From positions 64,001 through 128,000 of the forward strand of contig CAWKMU010000003.1 of NCBI GenBank assembly GCA_963850905.1: a stretch of 64,000 bases of DNA. The letters run 5' to 3'. The stretch comes from an uncultured Gemmatimonadales bacterium. GTDB lineage: Bacteria > Gemmatimonadota > Gemmatimonadetes > Gemmatimonadales > Gemmatimonadaceae. Each line of letters opens with the position of its first letter. Position 1 is the stretch's first letter. Of the stretch, positions 1 through 8,652 are shown in pieces. The notes beneath the pieces were generated by a model, which did not search any database, was not told the origin of the DNA, and saw nothing but the letters and a program-made list of their open reading frames with translations. Made by a program: the position numbers and the translations under genes.

Positions 1-98
1 ATCCCATCCCTCTCGCAACAGTCGCAACGATAGCACCGCCTTAGAACACTCGCCACAAGACGGCGCGCAACGAAAACACGCCCGAAGCGCGCCCGTAG

Positions 99-117
99 GC
101 GTACCCCACGCGTACCC
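99..117 (+). repeat. GCGTACCCCACGCGTACCC, left copy; candidate integrase arm-type site (2x GCGTACCC)
   Basis: Exact direct repeat of 8653-8671. Confidence 0.75.
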
Positions 118-162
118 TGGCGCAACCATACCAGCGGCCTCACGTCATAACCGTCGTCCCAT

Positions 163-232
163 GGCACACCCGTGCCGCAGGCGTGCCGGTCTGCCTTGTG
201 CGGACCGACAGCGAGCGCAGCGAGCGTAGCCC
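163..232. other. Hairpin cluster plus AGCGAGCGCAGCGAGCGTAGC motif; candidate single-strand origin or initiation signal
   Basis: Short stems at ~163-187 and 188-206, then a GAGCGxAGCGAG-like motif reminiscent of plasmid ssi/sso sites, upstream of rep. Confidence 0.4.
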
Positions 233-268
233 CGCCGTTTGTGGTATCTGTGCAGCGCGGGAGGGGAA

Positions 269-517
269 GTGAGCCGCCTCGCTCGTCGAATGCGACGGGC
301 TCAGGACCGTGCCGTGCGCGCGTCGCTCCGCTCGCAAGCGCTCGCCGACGGCGTGTGGCTGCTAACGCTACCACTGCCGCCTGGGCTCACTGAGGCCGAG
401 CAGCGCCAGCTCGTGGCCGCATTCGAGTCTGACCTGCAGCGGGACCCCGCCTTTGCGGATGTCCACGTGGACATCACCGGGCCGTGCAGGTGTTGCAGCC
501 ATGGAGCGCGCCGATGA
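269..517 (+). CDS. Small hypothetical protein translationally coupled to rep
   Basis: GGAGGGG RBS before GTG 269; its TGA overlaps the rep ATG (ATGA 514-517). Confidence 0.6.
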   Translation: MSRLARRMRRAQDRAVRASLRSQALADGVWLLTLPLPPGLTEAEQRQLVAAFESDLQRDPAFADVHVDITGPCRCCSHGARR

Positions 518-1053
518 CCAGTCCTTTGGTAGAGGCGTGGTCGTCGTTCTTGGGGCGCTGGCCCTGGGATTGGTTCTGTACACTGACCTTCCGCGACTTG
601 GTACACCCAGAATCCGCGGACAAGCGCTTTCGGTTGTTCGTCTCACAAATGAATCGACGGCTGTACGGAGCCCGGTGGTGGAAGCACGCCCAGGGCGTGC
701 GCTGGGTCCGGGCGTCGGAACCTCAACGTCGCGAGGTTCTGCACTATCACGCCCTCCTTGGCGGCGGCGGATTGGCGAGCCTTCGTCGCCTGTCGTGGAT
801 GGATGCATGGAACGAGATCGCAGGCTTTGCTCGTATCGAACCACCGCTCAGCGGCAATGCGGTTCGGGGCTACTGCGCGAAGTACGTGGTGAAGGGCGGC
901 GAGATTGACATCGGCGGCCCACTGGAACGCCCGCCGCCCTTGCTGTTCTCCCCCGGCTGGGCAGAGGTGGCTGCTTGCCCGGAGGACACAAGGAGCGGCG
1001 TAGTGCCATGCCGCGCGAGCCAGTCCGTGGCCCTGGACGTTAGACGGAGCTAG
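514..1053 (+). CDS. rep: HUH-superfamily rolling-circle replication initiator (two-Tyr type)
   Basis: Motif I FCTLTF, motif II LHYHALL and motif III YCAKYV occur in the canonical order. Confidence 0.8.
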   Translation: MTSPLVEAWSSFLGRWPWDWFCTLTFRDLVHPESADKRFRLFVSQMNRRLYGARWWKHAQGVRWVRASEPQRREVLHYHALLGGGGLASLRRLSWMDAWNEIAGFARIEPPLSGNAVRGYCAKYVVKGGEIDIGGPLERPPPLLFSPGWAEVAACPEDTRSGVVPCRASQSVALDVRRS

Positions 1054-1060
1054 TCCCACC

Positions 1061-1149
1061 TCCTCCTCGCGTAGCAATGCTCCGAGGAGGACACCCCGGC
1101 ACCCGGTGGCCAGTGGGCAGACTGCGCCCCGTTGCTTGACGGGCGCAGT
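1061..1149. other. Two hairpins downstream of rep; candidate double-strand origin or terminator
   Basis: TCCTCCTCG..CGAGGAGGA (1061-1091) and ACTGCGCCCCGT-TGCTTG-ACGGGCGCAGT (1121-1149). Confidence 0.4.
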
Positions 1150-1207
1150 GTGTCTGGTCGGGATCGCATCACGGCGTGAAGGTGCTGACTACTTGGAGGG
1201 CTGACTT

Positions 1208-1426
1208 ATGCAACGTCGGGGAAGATCGGCCAGAGGAACTTCGCGTGCTCCCGCCGACAGCCAGACCATCGCCATCGATCCCAAGCGGTTCTACCTCTCC
1301 CTCCCGTTTCATCCTGGTGCCAATGGCGAGGAGCGCAGAGCTGAGGTAGAACGCTTTCTCCTCGTCTTGCATCGCGAATGCCTCGTCACGGCTGCGCGGC
1401 TCGAATACCCATTCGATTTGCGCTGA
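1208..1426 (+). CDS. Small hypothetical protein
   Basis: GGAGG RBS at ~1195, ATG start, 72 aa. Confidence 0.55.
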   Translation: MQRRGRSARGTSRAPADSQTIAIDPKRFYLSLPFHPGANGEERRAEVERFLLVLHRECLVTAARLEYPFDLR

Positions 1427-1493
1427 TGTCTTTCACTCAGCCCGTTGGGTGATCGCAACACGACGGAATTTGCGTCGGTGTTGCATCAGGCAC

Positions 1494-2357
1494 TTAGGAC
1501 CCCTCCTTGGTACGCTGAGTTAGGGCAACTTGGAAATCGTCGGCTCGAAGAGTGGCGCTGTGTAGCACCTTCACAAAGTCATCCATAAGCATGACCGCGG
1601 CCTCGGCGAGCTTACGGTTTGCAAATTCGGGTTGCTCTCCTCTTGGTACCCAAGGCCAGTTTAGAATGTCCGTCGCCGGCGAAACATGCACAATGCGGTG
1701 CCGATACTTGATGAGCCGCCGAATACGATTTAGGGTCAGTGGGCTAACGATCAGTCCGAACCGCAGATTATACGCCTTGTTGTAAAACTCTTTTGCTCGA
1801 TCGAAGTCCTGAAAAAGAAGACGCATCCGGTCCTTCAGAAGAGAGAAGACCGTGACGCCAGTACGCTTTGCCTCCGAACGGAGGACCTCAATACCTCCCG
1901 CTTGCTTCGTCGCCGCATCCAGAACAACCCGGGCTAGTCGCTCTTCATTGGGGGTTGCGCCCTCTGTTTCCATCTCACCGAAGCGGGATTTCAAGTACAC
2001 CTCTAGGCCGGTTACGAGCATCACTAGCGCAACGTTACAGACCACCATCTGAAAACGGTTCGCTTCTGATTCACCCGTAAGCATCACATCGATCGCGCTT
2101 CTAGTCTCTCCCCAGCTCTCGATTCCAGGTGTCTCGAAAGCCATCTCGCCTTCTTGGTACGCGATGCCCGTTGCCCCCATGCCCAGAGTCATGATGTCCC
2201 CGTTGGGCAACGCGTATAGCCTGGTCTCCTGCGAAGGAATCGCTGTCGATTCTACGGAATTACTCGGGTCGTCGGGTGACCCAACGCCGAACCTGGCCGA
2301 CTCAGGCGACCAATCGAAGTAGATCGTCAGTCGATCGGCTGGCGCCATGCGAGACAA
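1494..2357 (-). CDS. HEPN-domain protein (predicted RNase); N-terminus probably extends to ~2600 across a frameshift near 2386
   Basis: LVTGLEVYL helix, FQ motif and R-x4-H (RHRIVH). ORF 2327-2608 joins as ...YYHSSPG/TGTTVATIDL with one added G. Confidence 0.7.
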   Translation of the reverse strand: MSRMAPADRLTIYFDWSPESARFGVGSPDDPSNSVESTAIPSQETRLYALPNGDIMTLGMGATGIAYQEGEMAFETPGIESWGETRSAIDVMLTGESEANRFQMVVCNVALVMLVTGLEVYLKSRFGEMETEGATPNEERLARVVLDAATKQAGGIEVLRSEAKRTGVTVFSLLKDRMRLLFQDFDRAKEFYNKAYNLRFGLIVSPLTLNRIRRLIKYRHRIVHVSPATDILNWPWVPRGEQPEFANRKLAEAAVMLMDDFVKVLHSATLRADDFQVALTQRTKEGS

Positions 2358-2760
2358 GTCGATGGTCGCAACCGTGGTACCCGTCCCGGGGAGGAATGGT
2401 AGTAGCTCAACCGGCGCTCCCCATCGCTTACGATTCTAAAAGCGTGGCCGCCAGCGGCGGCCTGAAACACCTTGCATCCGGCCGGGAGTCCTTCGAGTAG
2501 GGGTTTCCCCGCGGAAACCAGCTTAGCGGCGCCTCGCTGGCGTCGCATGGACGCGCAGAGTTGCCGCCACGCTGCGTCGGATAAGCCCAAGAGAGTGCGC
2601 ATCGTCAATAATTCATTCAGTCATCTTCCTGGTCGAACAGGGCCGCTGCGCGCTCGCGCGATCCAAGTATCGCTCAAAGCGACCCGGCTTGCCCACTCTA
2701 ATAGCATTCCTAAGCTCCTCATCGCTTGCGCCGTCATAGCAAAGGGCGTATGAAGGAGAC

Positions 2761-3093
2761 ATGTTCCTGCCGATTTTTGCCTATGAGGTGATCAGCATTA
2801 TCTGCGCTGTCACCGCGGGTCTTCATGTAGGGTTGAAACCCGCTGTCTGTACGCTAGGTGCCTCCGTGATCTCGGTGATTGCCGCCGGCGGCATAAAGGC
2901 TGGACTTCTGTGGGGCAAGGGGCCACAAAGAATCGGGACGCTCGCAGTCGGCGTGCTGCTGGTCGCTCTCGCATACTGGCTCGGAAGTGGTTTTTCCGTG
3001 GTGTTGTGGAGCAACGTCCTAAGCGGCCAAGAATGGGCGGGGATTGGGACCGTTGTTGGTTTGGTCTTTGTCACCAAGAAGTTGGCGACCTAG
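2761..3093 (+). CDS. Small multi-pass membrane protein
   Basis: AAGGAG RBS; about four hydrophobic segments in 110 aa. Confidence 0.7.
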   Translation: MFLPIFAYEVISIICAVTAGLHVGLKPAVCTLGASVISVIAAGGIKAGLLWGKGPQRIGTLAVGVLLVALAYWLGSGFSVVLWSNVLSGQEWAGIGTVVGLVFVTKKLAT

Positions 3094-3298
3094 TGCGGAG
3101 CAGCTTGTTTCAACCCCGTGCCCGAGCCGCCCCGCTTCACGCGCTCGGACATAGTCCGGTGCGACGAAGCATTCCGGTCTTTGATGGAGAAGGTGAAACG
3201 AGCGCACGAACGCGGTGACGAGGTCCGCGCGGCGCAACTTGATTCCACCAGGGCAATGACATTCTCGGATACGCCGGCACCAGAACCGCGACGAGAGA

Positions 3299-3775
3299 AT
3301 GGTCGCATATCACGAGGCAGGACACGCCGTTGTGGGAATGCTATTGGGAATCCCGATCGAGCGAGTGTCCATCGCAGCTAGCGGCGATTCAGCAGGCCGC
3401 GTAGTCCAAGCTGCCCAATGGGGACGGCACGTGTCCCCCGAGGAACTGCCATGCCTCATTACGAGGTATATCGAATTTCTTCAGGCCGGCCAGCGCGCCG
3501 TCGAGCGCGGTTTCGGAGTCGAGCCGTCGGTGTCGTGCGGCGCGGGCGACGACTGTGCCCTGATGCGAGAGCGGGTGAAGTTGCTGGAACTTGACTCCCG
3601 GCAAGAAGATGCTCTTATAGAGCGCGCAGGAAGTACCGTCGCACTGATGCTTGCTAGGCCAGAGATTTGGGCGGCCGTCCGCGCCTTGGCTGAAGCAGTC
3701 ATGGAGCAGGGCACTCTCACGGGGCAAGAATGCATTCGCCAGATCGTTGAGCAGTATGTAGGACGCATCACATGA
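3299..3775 (+). CDS. Stand-alone M41 (FtsH-type)-like zinc metallopeptidase domain
   Basis: AYHEAGHAVV motif, then VSI..G, xAG.RAVE and GAGDD, and a C-terminal LAEAVMEQGTLTG segment like that of M41 domains. Confidence 0.75.
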   Translation: MVAYHEAGHAVVGMLLGIPIERVSIAASGDSAGRVVQAAQWGRHVSPEELPCLITRYIEFLQAGQRAVERGFGVEPSVSCGAGDDCALMRERVKLLELDSRQEDALIERAGSTVALMLARPEIWAAVRALAEAVMEQGTLTGQECIRQIVEQYVGRIT

Positions 3776-3981
3776 CTCACAGATTCTTGCCGCTCGTCCT
3801 ATTAGCTGGATGCTTGTCGGCGACAGCATGCACACCTGCTTCAAGCGCGGAAAAAACAGACCGCGTCAATGATGTGGCCGCAAGCCTGATAATCGACCTC
3901 TGTTGGCCAACTAGCTTCCGCGTCCTCTTCCCATGGGTAACACGGGATGAGTTTTGGGGTGGCCCCCGGCGGGGCGGCTAA
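3772..3981 (+). CDS. Hypothetical protein with signal or lipoprotein-like N-terminus; may be fused to the next ORF
   Basis: ATGA overlap with the peptidase; hydrophobic leader ending LLAGC. Confidence 0.45.
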   Translation: MTHRFLPLVLLAGCLSATACTPASSAEKTDRVNDVAASLIIDLCWPTSFRVLFPWVTRDEFWGGPRRGG

Positions 3982-4436
3982 TGAGCAATCCACGAACGAC
4001 GAGGGGGCCATGGACGAATAGTCAATACGGCCGACGCCTCGCGGCTGCTCTTGTGCTGCCTCCTTGGACTGGCTGGATTCTCGGATGGCGTAACAGGAAG
4101 TACCCTGCTCGCGCAGCGTGGGGGAGAAGACTGGCCGTTGTTTCAACGATTGCCTGGCTAAGCGGTCCGCTGTTCGAGTACATGACCACGTACCATTACG
4201 AGAGCATGGATCCAACGATATGGAGCATGCACGGAGCATGGGCTCTGTCACCTCAGGCGTTTTGCTTCCCTGCAAACTCGTTCGCCAATGTCCTGTGCTA
4301 TACTCACATTCCAGGCTACGCGACCTACTACGTCCTTTTAATTACGCTGGCCTGGTTCATTCTGTATCGCCAGTTCAGGCGGTCAGTCAAGTCGGGATCT
4401 CTCGCGATTCACGAATCGTCAGCCGGCTCGGCGTGA
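3981..4436 (+). CDS. Hypothetical membrane protein
   Basis: TAATG overlap; three hydrophobic segments. Confidence 0.55.
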   Translation: MSNPRTTRGPWTNSQYGRRLAAALVLPPWTGWILGWRNRKYPARAAWGRRLAVVSTIAWLSGPLFEYMTTYHYESMDPTIWSMHGAWALSPQAFCFPANSFANVLCYTHIPGYATYYVLLITLAWFILYRQFRRSVKSGSLAIHESSAGSA

Positions 4437-4449
4437 TGTGGAGCGCGCA

Positions 4450-4944
4450 ATGAAGGCACTCGTGGCACTCGCCGCTGGCGTTACCACGATCCATGCGATC
4501 CGGTTATGCGCCCAGCCGCCCGCCCCGATTGATCCGGACTCATCCAAGAGCGTGACGTATCTGAATGCGCACGGCTGCACCGCGTACTTCGACGCCAAGG
4601 GCTGGATTAGCAGCTATGACTGCGACAAGGACTCCGTCGCGACGCATCGTTTTTTTGCCGCCACCGATCGCGAGATTGAGACTCGTGAACGCATGGTAAC
4701 GGAGGAAGGCGTCCTTCATTTGCTGAACAAGGATCTTGAGGCACTGCAGGCCTTGGGCGGAGCCAATGCCACGTCCGCTGACACCCGCGCGAATTATGCT
4801 GAGACCCTCAGACTCCATGCAGCGGCCCAAAAGACCTATGACTCCTTAGATGCCGAACACGCGATCGCCGCAGAGGATTTTCAGCACGAAATAGCGGTAC
4901 GCAGGTACCACGAGATCCACCCGAGTGCTCCTTCAGATCCATGA
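4450..4944 (+). CDS. Hypothetical secreted protein
   Basis: GGAG RBS, signal-like MKALVALAAGV leader, Cys pair, helical C-terminus. Confidence 0.6.
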   Translation: MKALVALAAGVTTIHAIRLCAQPPAPIDPDSSKSVTYLNAHGCTAYFDAKGWISSYDCDKDSVATHRFFAATDREIETRERMVTEEGVLHLLNKDLEALQALGGANATSADTRANYAETLRLHAAAQKTYDSLDAEHAIAAEDFQHEIAVRRYHEIHPSAPSDP

Positions 4945-5306
4945 CGAAGCCCAAGGTCTCCCGTAGCGTTCGCATCGCGAAGGCGTGGCACGACGCCGAG
5001 GACATTGTGGCGCGAGTCGCGAAAGACGTGGTCCCGCCGCTGCGGAAAAAAGCACCGGACCTGCCCAAGGTGCAGGCGACACTCCGATTCATTGAGCGTA
5101 AGGCGCGCACGGTCGCCGGAAGGGTCGGGACCTATCGCATCGCGGGCGCGAAGGCGGCTGGCGTCACTGTCGCGGAGCAGGCGACCACGCTGTGCGCCAT
5201 GCTCGACATGGAGTCGGTCGAGCGCCGGGAGGCGGAGCGTGCAGCTGCTGGGTTGCGCAATGCGGCCAACGCGTTCAGGACACAAATCTTCGACGCGATG
5301 CCTTAA
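4941..5306 (+). CDS. Hypothetical basic helical protein
   Basis: ATGA overlap with the upstream gene; 121 aa. Confidence 0.6.
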   Translation: MTKPKVSRSVRIAKAWHDAEDIVARVAKDVVPPLRKKAPDLPKVQATLRFIERKARTVAGRVGTYRIAGAKAAGVTVAEQATTLCAMLDMESVERREAERAAAGLRNAANAFRTQIFDAMP

Positions 5307-5409
5307 GGCCGACGTACGACCGTCGAACCATTATCTGCCAGACCGCTGCATGCCCGGTATACTACAGCGGCGACCCCCTGATGCCGAAAAGGTGGGCAAG
5401 TAGGTATCT

Positions 5410-5589
5410 ATGTCTACATATGTGCGGATAGGTGAATACGCCCGTAAGCACGGTGTGTCGGTGTCCACAGTCCGGCGCTGGGACGCCGACGGACGCATTA
5501 CCGGCCGGAGGTCACCCTCAGGGCAACGCCTCTACGACCTGGAGGAGGACCCCGCTCCCCCCGGCGCCAGCCTGTTGCCAGTCCGCTAG
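5410..5589 (+). CDS. MerR/excisionase-type HTH (59 aa, not in the ORF track); likely the N-terminus of a frameshifted gene running to 6219
   Basis: Translates MSTYVRIGEYARKHGVSVSTVRRWDADGRITGRRSPSGQRLYD..., a typical MerR-like wHTH. Confidence 0.75.
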   Translation: MSTYVRIGEYARKHGVSVSTVRRWDADGRITGRRSPSGQRLYDLEEDPAPPGASLLPVR

Positions 5590-5600
5590 TCACCCCCTCG

Positions 5601-6219
5601 GTGGGCACGTGTGAAGAGGAGGACCTGGCTTCACGCGAGGTCCCCGAGTGGGAGCAGTCGGTACATCTGGCGCGCTCGCGCTACGAGGTCGCGAAGATCG
5701 ACGCTGAGCATGACGACTTGATCCGCAAGCTGGAGGAACAGGCCGAGGCGCGCGAGGCCGCACGCATCGCTGGGGGTGAGCAGGCAAGACGGGATCGGGA
5801 CGCGGCGGCTGCTCGCGCCGCGAGGGAGCAAGGCAATGGGCGACGGCTGGATTCCTACCGCAGCAACGCTCGTTGGTCCTTGATCGCATTTCCCGTTGGC
5901 TCTCCCGCGCGAGCCGAAGTCGAGGAGTTTCTAACCACCCTGACGCCAAACGCCACGCAGGAGTACGTCACCGCGCGAGTCGAATGCGATCCTCCGGCCT
6001 CACCGGGAAGCCCAGGACAACGCCCGTCGCGTAGCGGAGTTGATCGAGAGCGGGATGAGCCACGCCCGCATGGAGACGTTCGGCTCCGAGTGGGACTACA
6101 CAAGCGGCAAGGAAGCACAGGCCGAGGTTGAGCGCGTGCTACGACGAAAAGTCGAAGCAGACTGGACGGGCGCGCGCGTCGAGCGGCTAGTCCAGGCCGT
6201 ACTGGACCGCTGGGAGTGA
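5601..6219 (+). CDS. Helical/coiled-coil protein with a frameshift near 5985; likely the continuation of the 5410 HTH
   Basis: The 5601 frame is helical until ...ARVE. An alternate frame then reads AILRPHREAQDNARRVAELIESG...LDRWE* to TGA 6217-6219. Confidence 0.5.
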
Positions 6220-6230
6220 CGGATTAGGCA

Positions 6231-6563
6231 GTGGCGTACCTACGAGACGAGCAGCTCATCGGCCAGTGGGTTGAACGCCCTTTCCTCGATCCGATCGACA
6301 GCCTAGTCCTGCGTGACGCGCGCTACGGCGCCCACTTTTTTCGTTTCGTCGCCGACCAAGAGTGGCACCATTGGGTGCGCCCAGGTGAATACGTGACCAT
6401 CGATCAAGCGGCTAGACTGCTCGACGTGTCAAGCCAACTCGTAGATCGACTGTGGAGGCGCGGCGACCTCACACAGCATCACGCCACGTCCAATGGTGCG
6501 CGGCTACTGGCGCTGGCCGAGGTCCGCGCCCTACACCTCGAGCGTTCGCGCAAAGCCCGTTGA
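6231..6563 (+). CDS. Protein with C-terminal excisionase-like HTH
   Basis: YVTIDQAARLLDVSSQLVDRLWRRGDL pattern. Confidence 0.65.
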   Translation: MAYLRDEQLIGQWVERPFLDPIDSLVLRDARYGAHFFRFVADQEWHHWVRPGEYVTIDQAARLLDVSSQLVDRLWRRGDLTQHHATSNGARLLALAEVRALHLERSRKAR

Positions 6564-6588
6564 CACGTTGGGGCTGTAGTACTATCGT
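6560..6588 (+). promoter_or_regulatory. Sigma70-like promoter for the acidic-protein gene
   Basis: TTGACA (6560-6565), 17-bp spacer, TATCGT (6583-6588). Confidence 0.55.
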
Positions 6589-6650
6589 CCTACAGTGCCG
6601 CTGCCGTGCTGACACGGCTCGACCCCAACCACACCCGCAAGGGGAGATCC

Positions 6651-6845
6651 ATGCCCAGCAAGCGTGAGATCGAGCAGGAGCGCAATACGCTGCGCGCCAA
6701 GCTCGAAGCCTTGTACGACAGCACGCAAGACTTGGGAGCCGACATCGCCGACGCCCTCGGGTGGCAGGACGAGGAGGAAGAGGACGAAACGGATTCGGAT
6801 GATGACCTGGACGAGGACTCAGATTTGGAAGCCGACGACGAGTAA
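6651..6845 (+). CDS. 64-aa protein: short coiled coil plus hyper-acidic tail
   Basis: AAGGGGAG RBS; MPSKREIEQERNTLRAKLEALYD...DEEEEDETDSDDDLDEDSDLEADDE. Confidence 0.75.
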   Translation: MPSKREIEQERNTLRAKLEALYDSTQDLGADIADALGWQDEEEEDETDSDDDLDEDSDLEADDE

Positions 6846-6849
6846 AAGA

Positions 6850-6900
6850 GAACTGCCCGCGCTTTGATCTGAGCAGATCGCGCGGGCAGTTCCGATTTTC
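6850..6900 (+). terminator. Stem-loop terminator candidate
   Basis: GAACTGCCCGCGC...GCGCGGGCAGTTC, followed by ATTTTC, right after the stop codon. Confidence 0.6.
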
Positions 6901-7063
6901 TCTCCTGCCGTTGTGGTGCCACTGGCCAGCGCGCACCAACAACGCAACCTTGAGGATCAGGACCAGTGTTGCGTCCCTGTGATACAAGTATCGGCGAATT
7001 ACCCTGGCATCGCAAGCATGCGCTGACGGTTAGCTCCGCGACGGTTCGGCGGGAGCAGGCGCC

Positions 7064-7387
7064 ATGACCGACACAGCCATCGCCGAGGCGCGGTCCGCGG
7101 CATCCATGTGGAAAGCGGAAGCCGATAAGCGGCGCATAGTCTCCCCACATGATCCAGTCGCCGACGCCTTTGAGTATTGCGCCGGAGATCTGCTTGAGCG
7201 GATGCGTCCAATCGACGCGCCCGATGCGGTACAAACGGTGGAGCAGTACGCGGCCGACCATGGTGTCACAGCGCAAGCCGTCCGCAAATGGGTCGCCACT
7301 CACCGCCTCGATGCGATAAAGACGCCTCACGGCTACCGAATCCTGCGAAGTGCGCTGGTGCGACCATCGAAAAGGAGGGCCACGTGA
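7064..7387 (+). CDS. Excisionase-like HTH protein
   Basis: C-terminal TVEQYAADHGVTAQAVRKWVATHRLDAIK..GYRI; GTGA overlap with the integrase start. Confidence 0.7.
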   Translation: MTDTAIAEARSAASMWKAEADKRRIVSPHDPVADAFEYCAGDLLERMRPIDAPDAVQTVEQYAADHGVTAQAVRKWVATHRLDAIKTPHGYRILRSALVRPSKRRAT

Positions 7388-8646
7388 CTGCGCGTCCCTG
7401 GTCAGAGAGTGTCGGGTTTCTGCCGCACAAGGTCACCGCATTCGAGAACCCGGAGAAACACGCCGTCGTGTATCTGCGATGGCGCGCCGCCGGTAACTGG
7501 CGGAAGCGATCGCTCGGGGTCCGCCTGCGTGACGAGAGAGGCAAGATCCGCCAGGATGTCCGCGTCGCAGTTATGGCAGAGGCGCAGACTCAACACGAGA
7601 TCCTTTCCGGCAAGCGTGCAGCCAGCAGCCCCGCAAGACTCACGATTGGCGACACGTGGGCCGTCATATCATCGCACGATGGCCTCTACCCCGTACTCAC
7701 TCCGCACGCGAAAGAGGTAGGACGCTCGCTCGCGGCGGCCGCCCGTATCTTAGGACCGCGGCTGCCGTGGGACCTGATCGACCGCGCGTACATACGGAGG
7801 ATCGGGCGCACCAGAATTGACGAGCTGCGGGCGCGCGGCAGGGACGGTTATCGAACGGCCGAGATCACCGTGCAACAAGTGCTAGCCGTTGCGGCGTGGC
7901 TGCGCGACGAAGGCAAGGTTTCGGCGACGGCCTGTCTGGCCCCGCGGCGCTGGCGTGAGGACCTTCGCAACTATTGGTCCGACAGTGCAGGGTCAACGAC
8001 GCCGCCCGAGCCTGCGCAGCCGAGGCACACGCTACAAGAGATGCGCGAGATACTCGCGGCCGCACCTTTGGTCGATCCGCGGTTCGCGCTACTACTGGCG
8101 TTCGGTCCCGAGCTGCGGCTTGGCCAAGTAGCACGCGCGCGGAGATCCGACCTCGATGAGTCCAAGCGCATCCTTCACATTCGCGGTCGCCGAAAAAAGA
8201 GAGGGACGAAGGTTGCTCTCACGGACGGTCAATTGGCTGCATGGCTCACCGCGAAGGCGACGTACTTGGCCGAGCTAGACAACAAGCTGATGGATTATCC
8301 CCTGTTCCCGCGCGGTCAGATGCCCGGCGGCCGCACGGGTAAAGGGGTGGCAACCGTACAACGACACGGATTCGCGGCGCCGATCGGCCGCACCGCCATC
8401 CGCAAATGGTTCGCGGAGGCTGAACGCAAGGCGAAGGTCTCACACGTCACCGGCCGGGGCGCATATGGCTTGCGCCGCGCGGCGGTCGATGCAGCAAAGG
8501 AGCGGCATATCGGCCGCGAGGCGCTGGAGGCTTTCGGAGGCTGGGCAGATACGCAGATACCCGACATGGTGTACGCCGACCAGGAAGCGGCGTATGCACG
8601 CAACGAGGCCGCTGAGATTCGCGCCATGATCCGGGGGGAGTCGTGA
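7384..8646 (+). CDS. int: Tyrosine recombinase/integrase
   Basis: AAGGAGG RBS with GTG 7384. Catalytic set: ELRLGQ (R), KKRG (K), YGLRR (HxxR variant), GGW (W), MVY (Y). Adjacent to the tRNA. Confidence 0.85.
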   Translation: MTARPWSESVGFLPHKVTAFENPEKHAVVYLRWRAAGNWRKRSLGVRLRDERGKIRQDVRVAVMAEAQTQHEILSGKRAASSPARLTIGDTWAVISSHDGLYPVLTPHAKEVGRSLAAAARILGPRLPWDLIDRAYIRRIGRTRIDELRARGRDGYRTAEITVQQVLAVAAWLRDEGKVSATACLAPRRWREDLRNYWSDSAGSTTPPEPAQPRHTLQEMREILAAAPLVDPRFALLLAFGPELRLGQVARARRSDLDESKRILHIRGRRKKRGTKVALTDGQLAAWLTAKATYLAELDNKLMDYPLFPRGQMPGGRTGKGVATVQRHGFAAPIGRTAIRKWFAEAERKAKVSHVTGRGAYGLRRAAVDAAKERHIGREALEAFGGWADTQIPDMVYADQEAAYARNEAAEIRAMIRGES

Positions 8647-8652
8647 CCGACC

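Noticed and set aside
514..1053. HUH protein as the RAYT/IS200 transposase behind the REPs
   Set aside because: The motif layout (TLT, HxH, YxxKY) is Rep-like, not Y1 transposase-like, and no REPs flank it
5410..5589. IS607 transposase
   Set aside because: The MerR-like HTH is not followed by a serine-resolvase domain or TnpB
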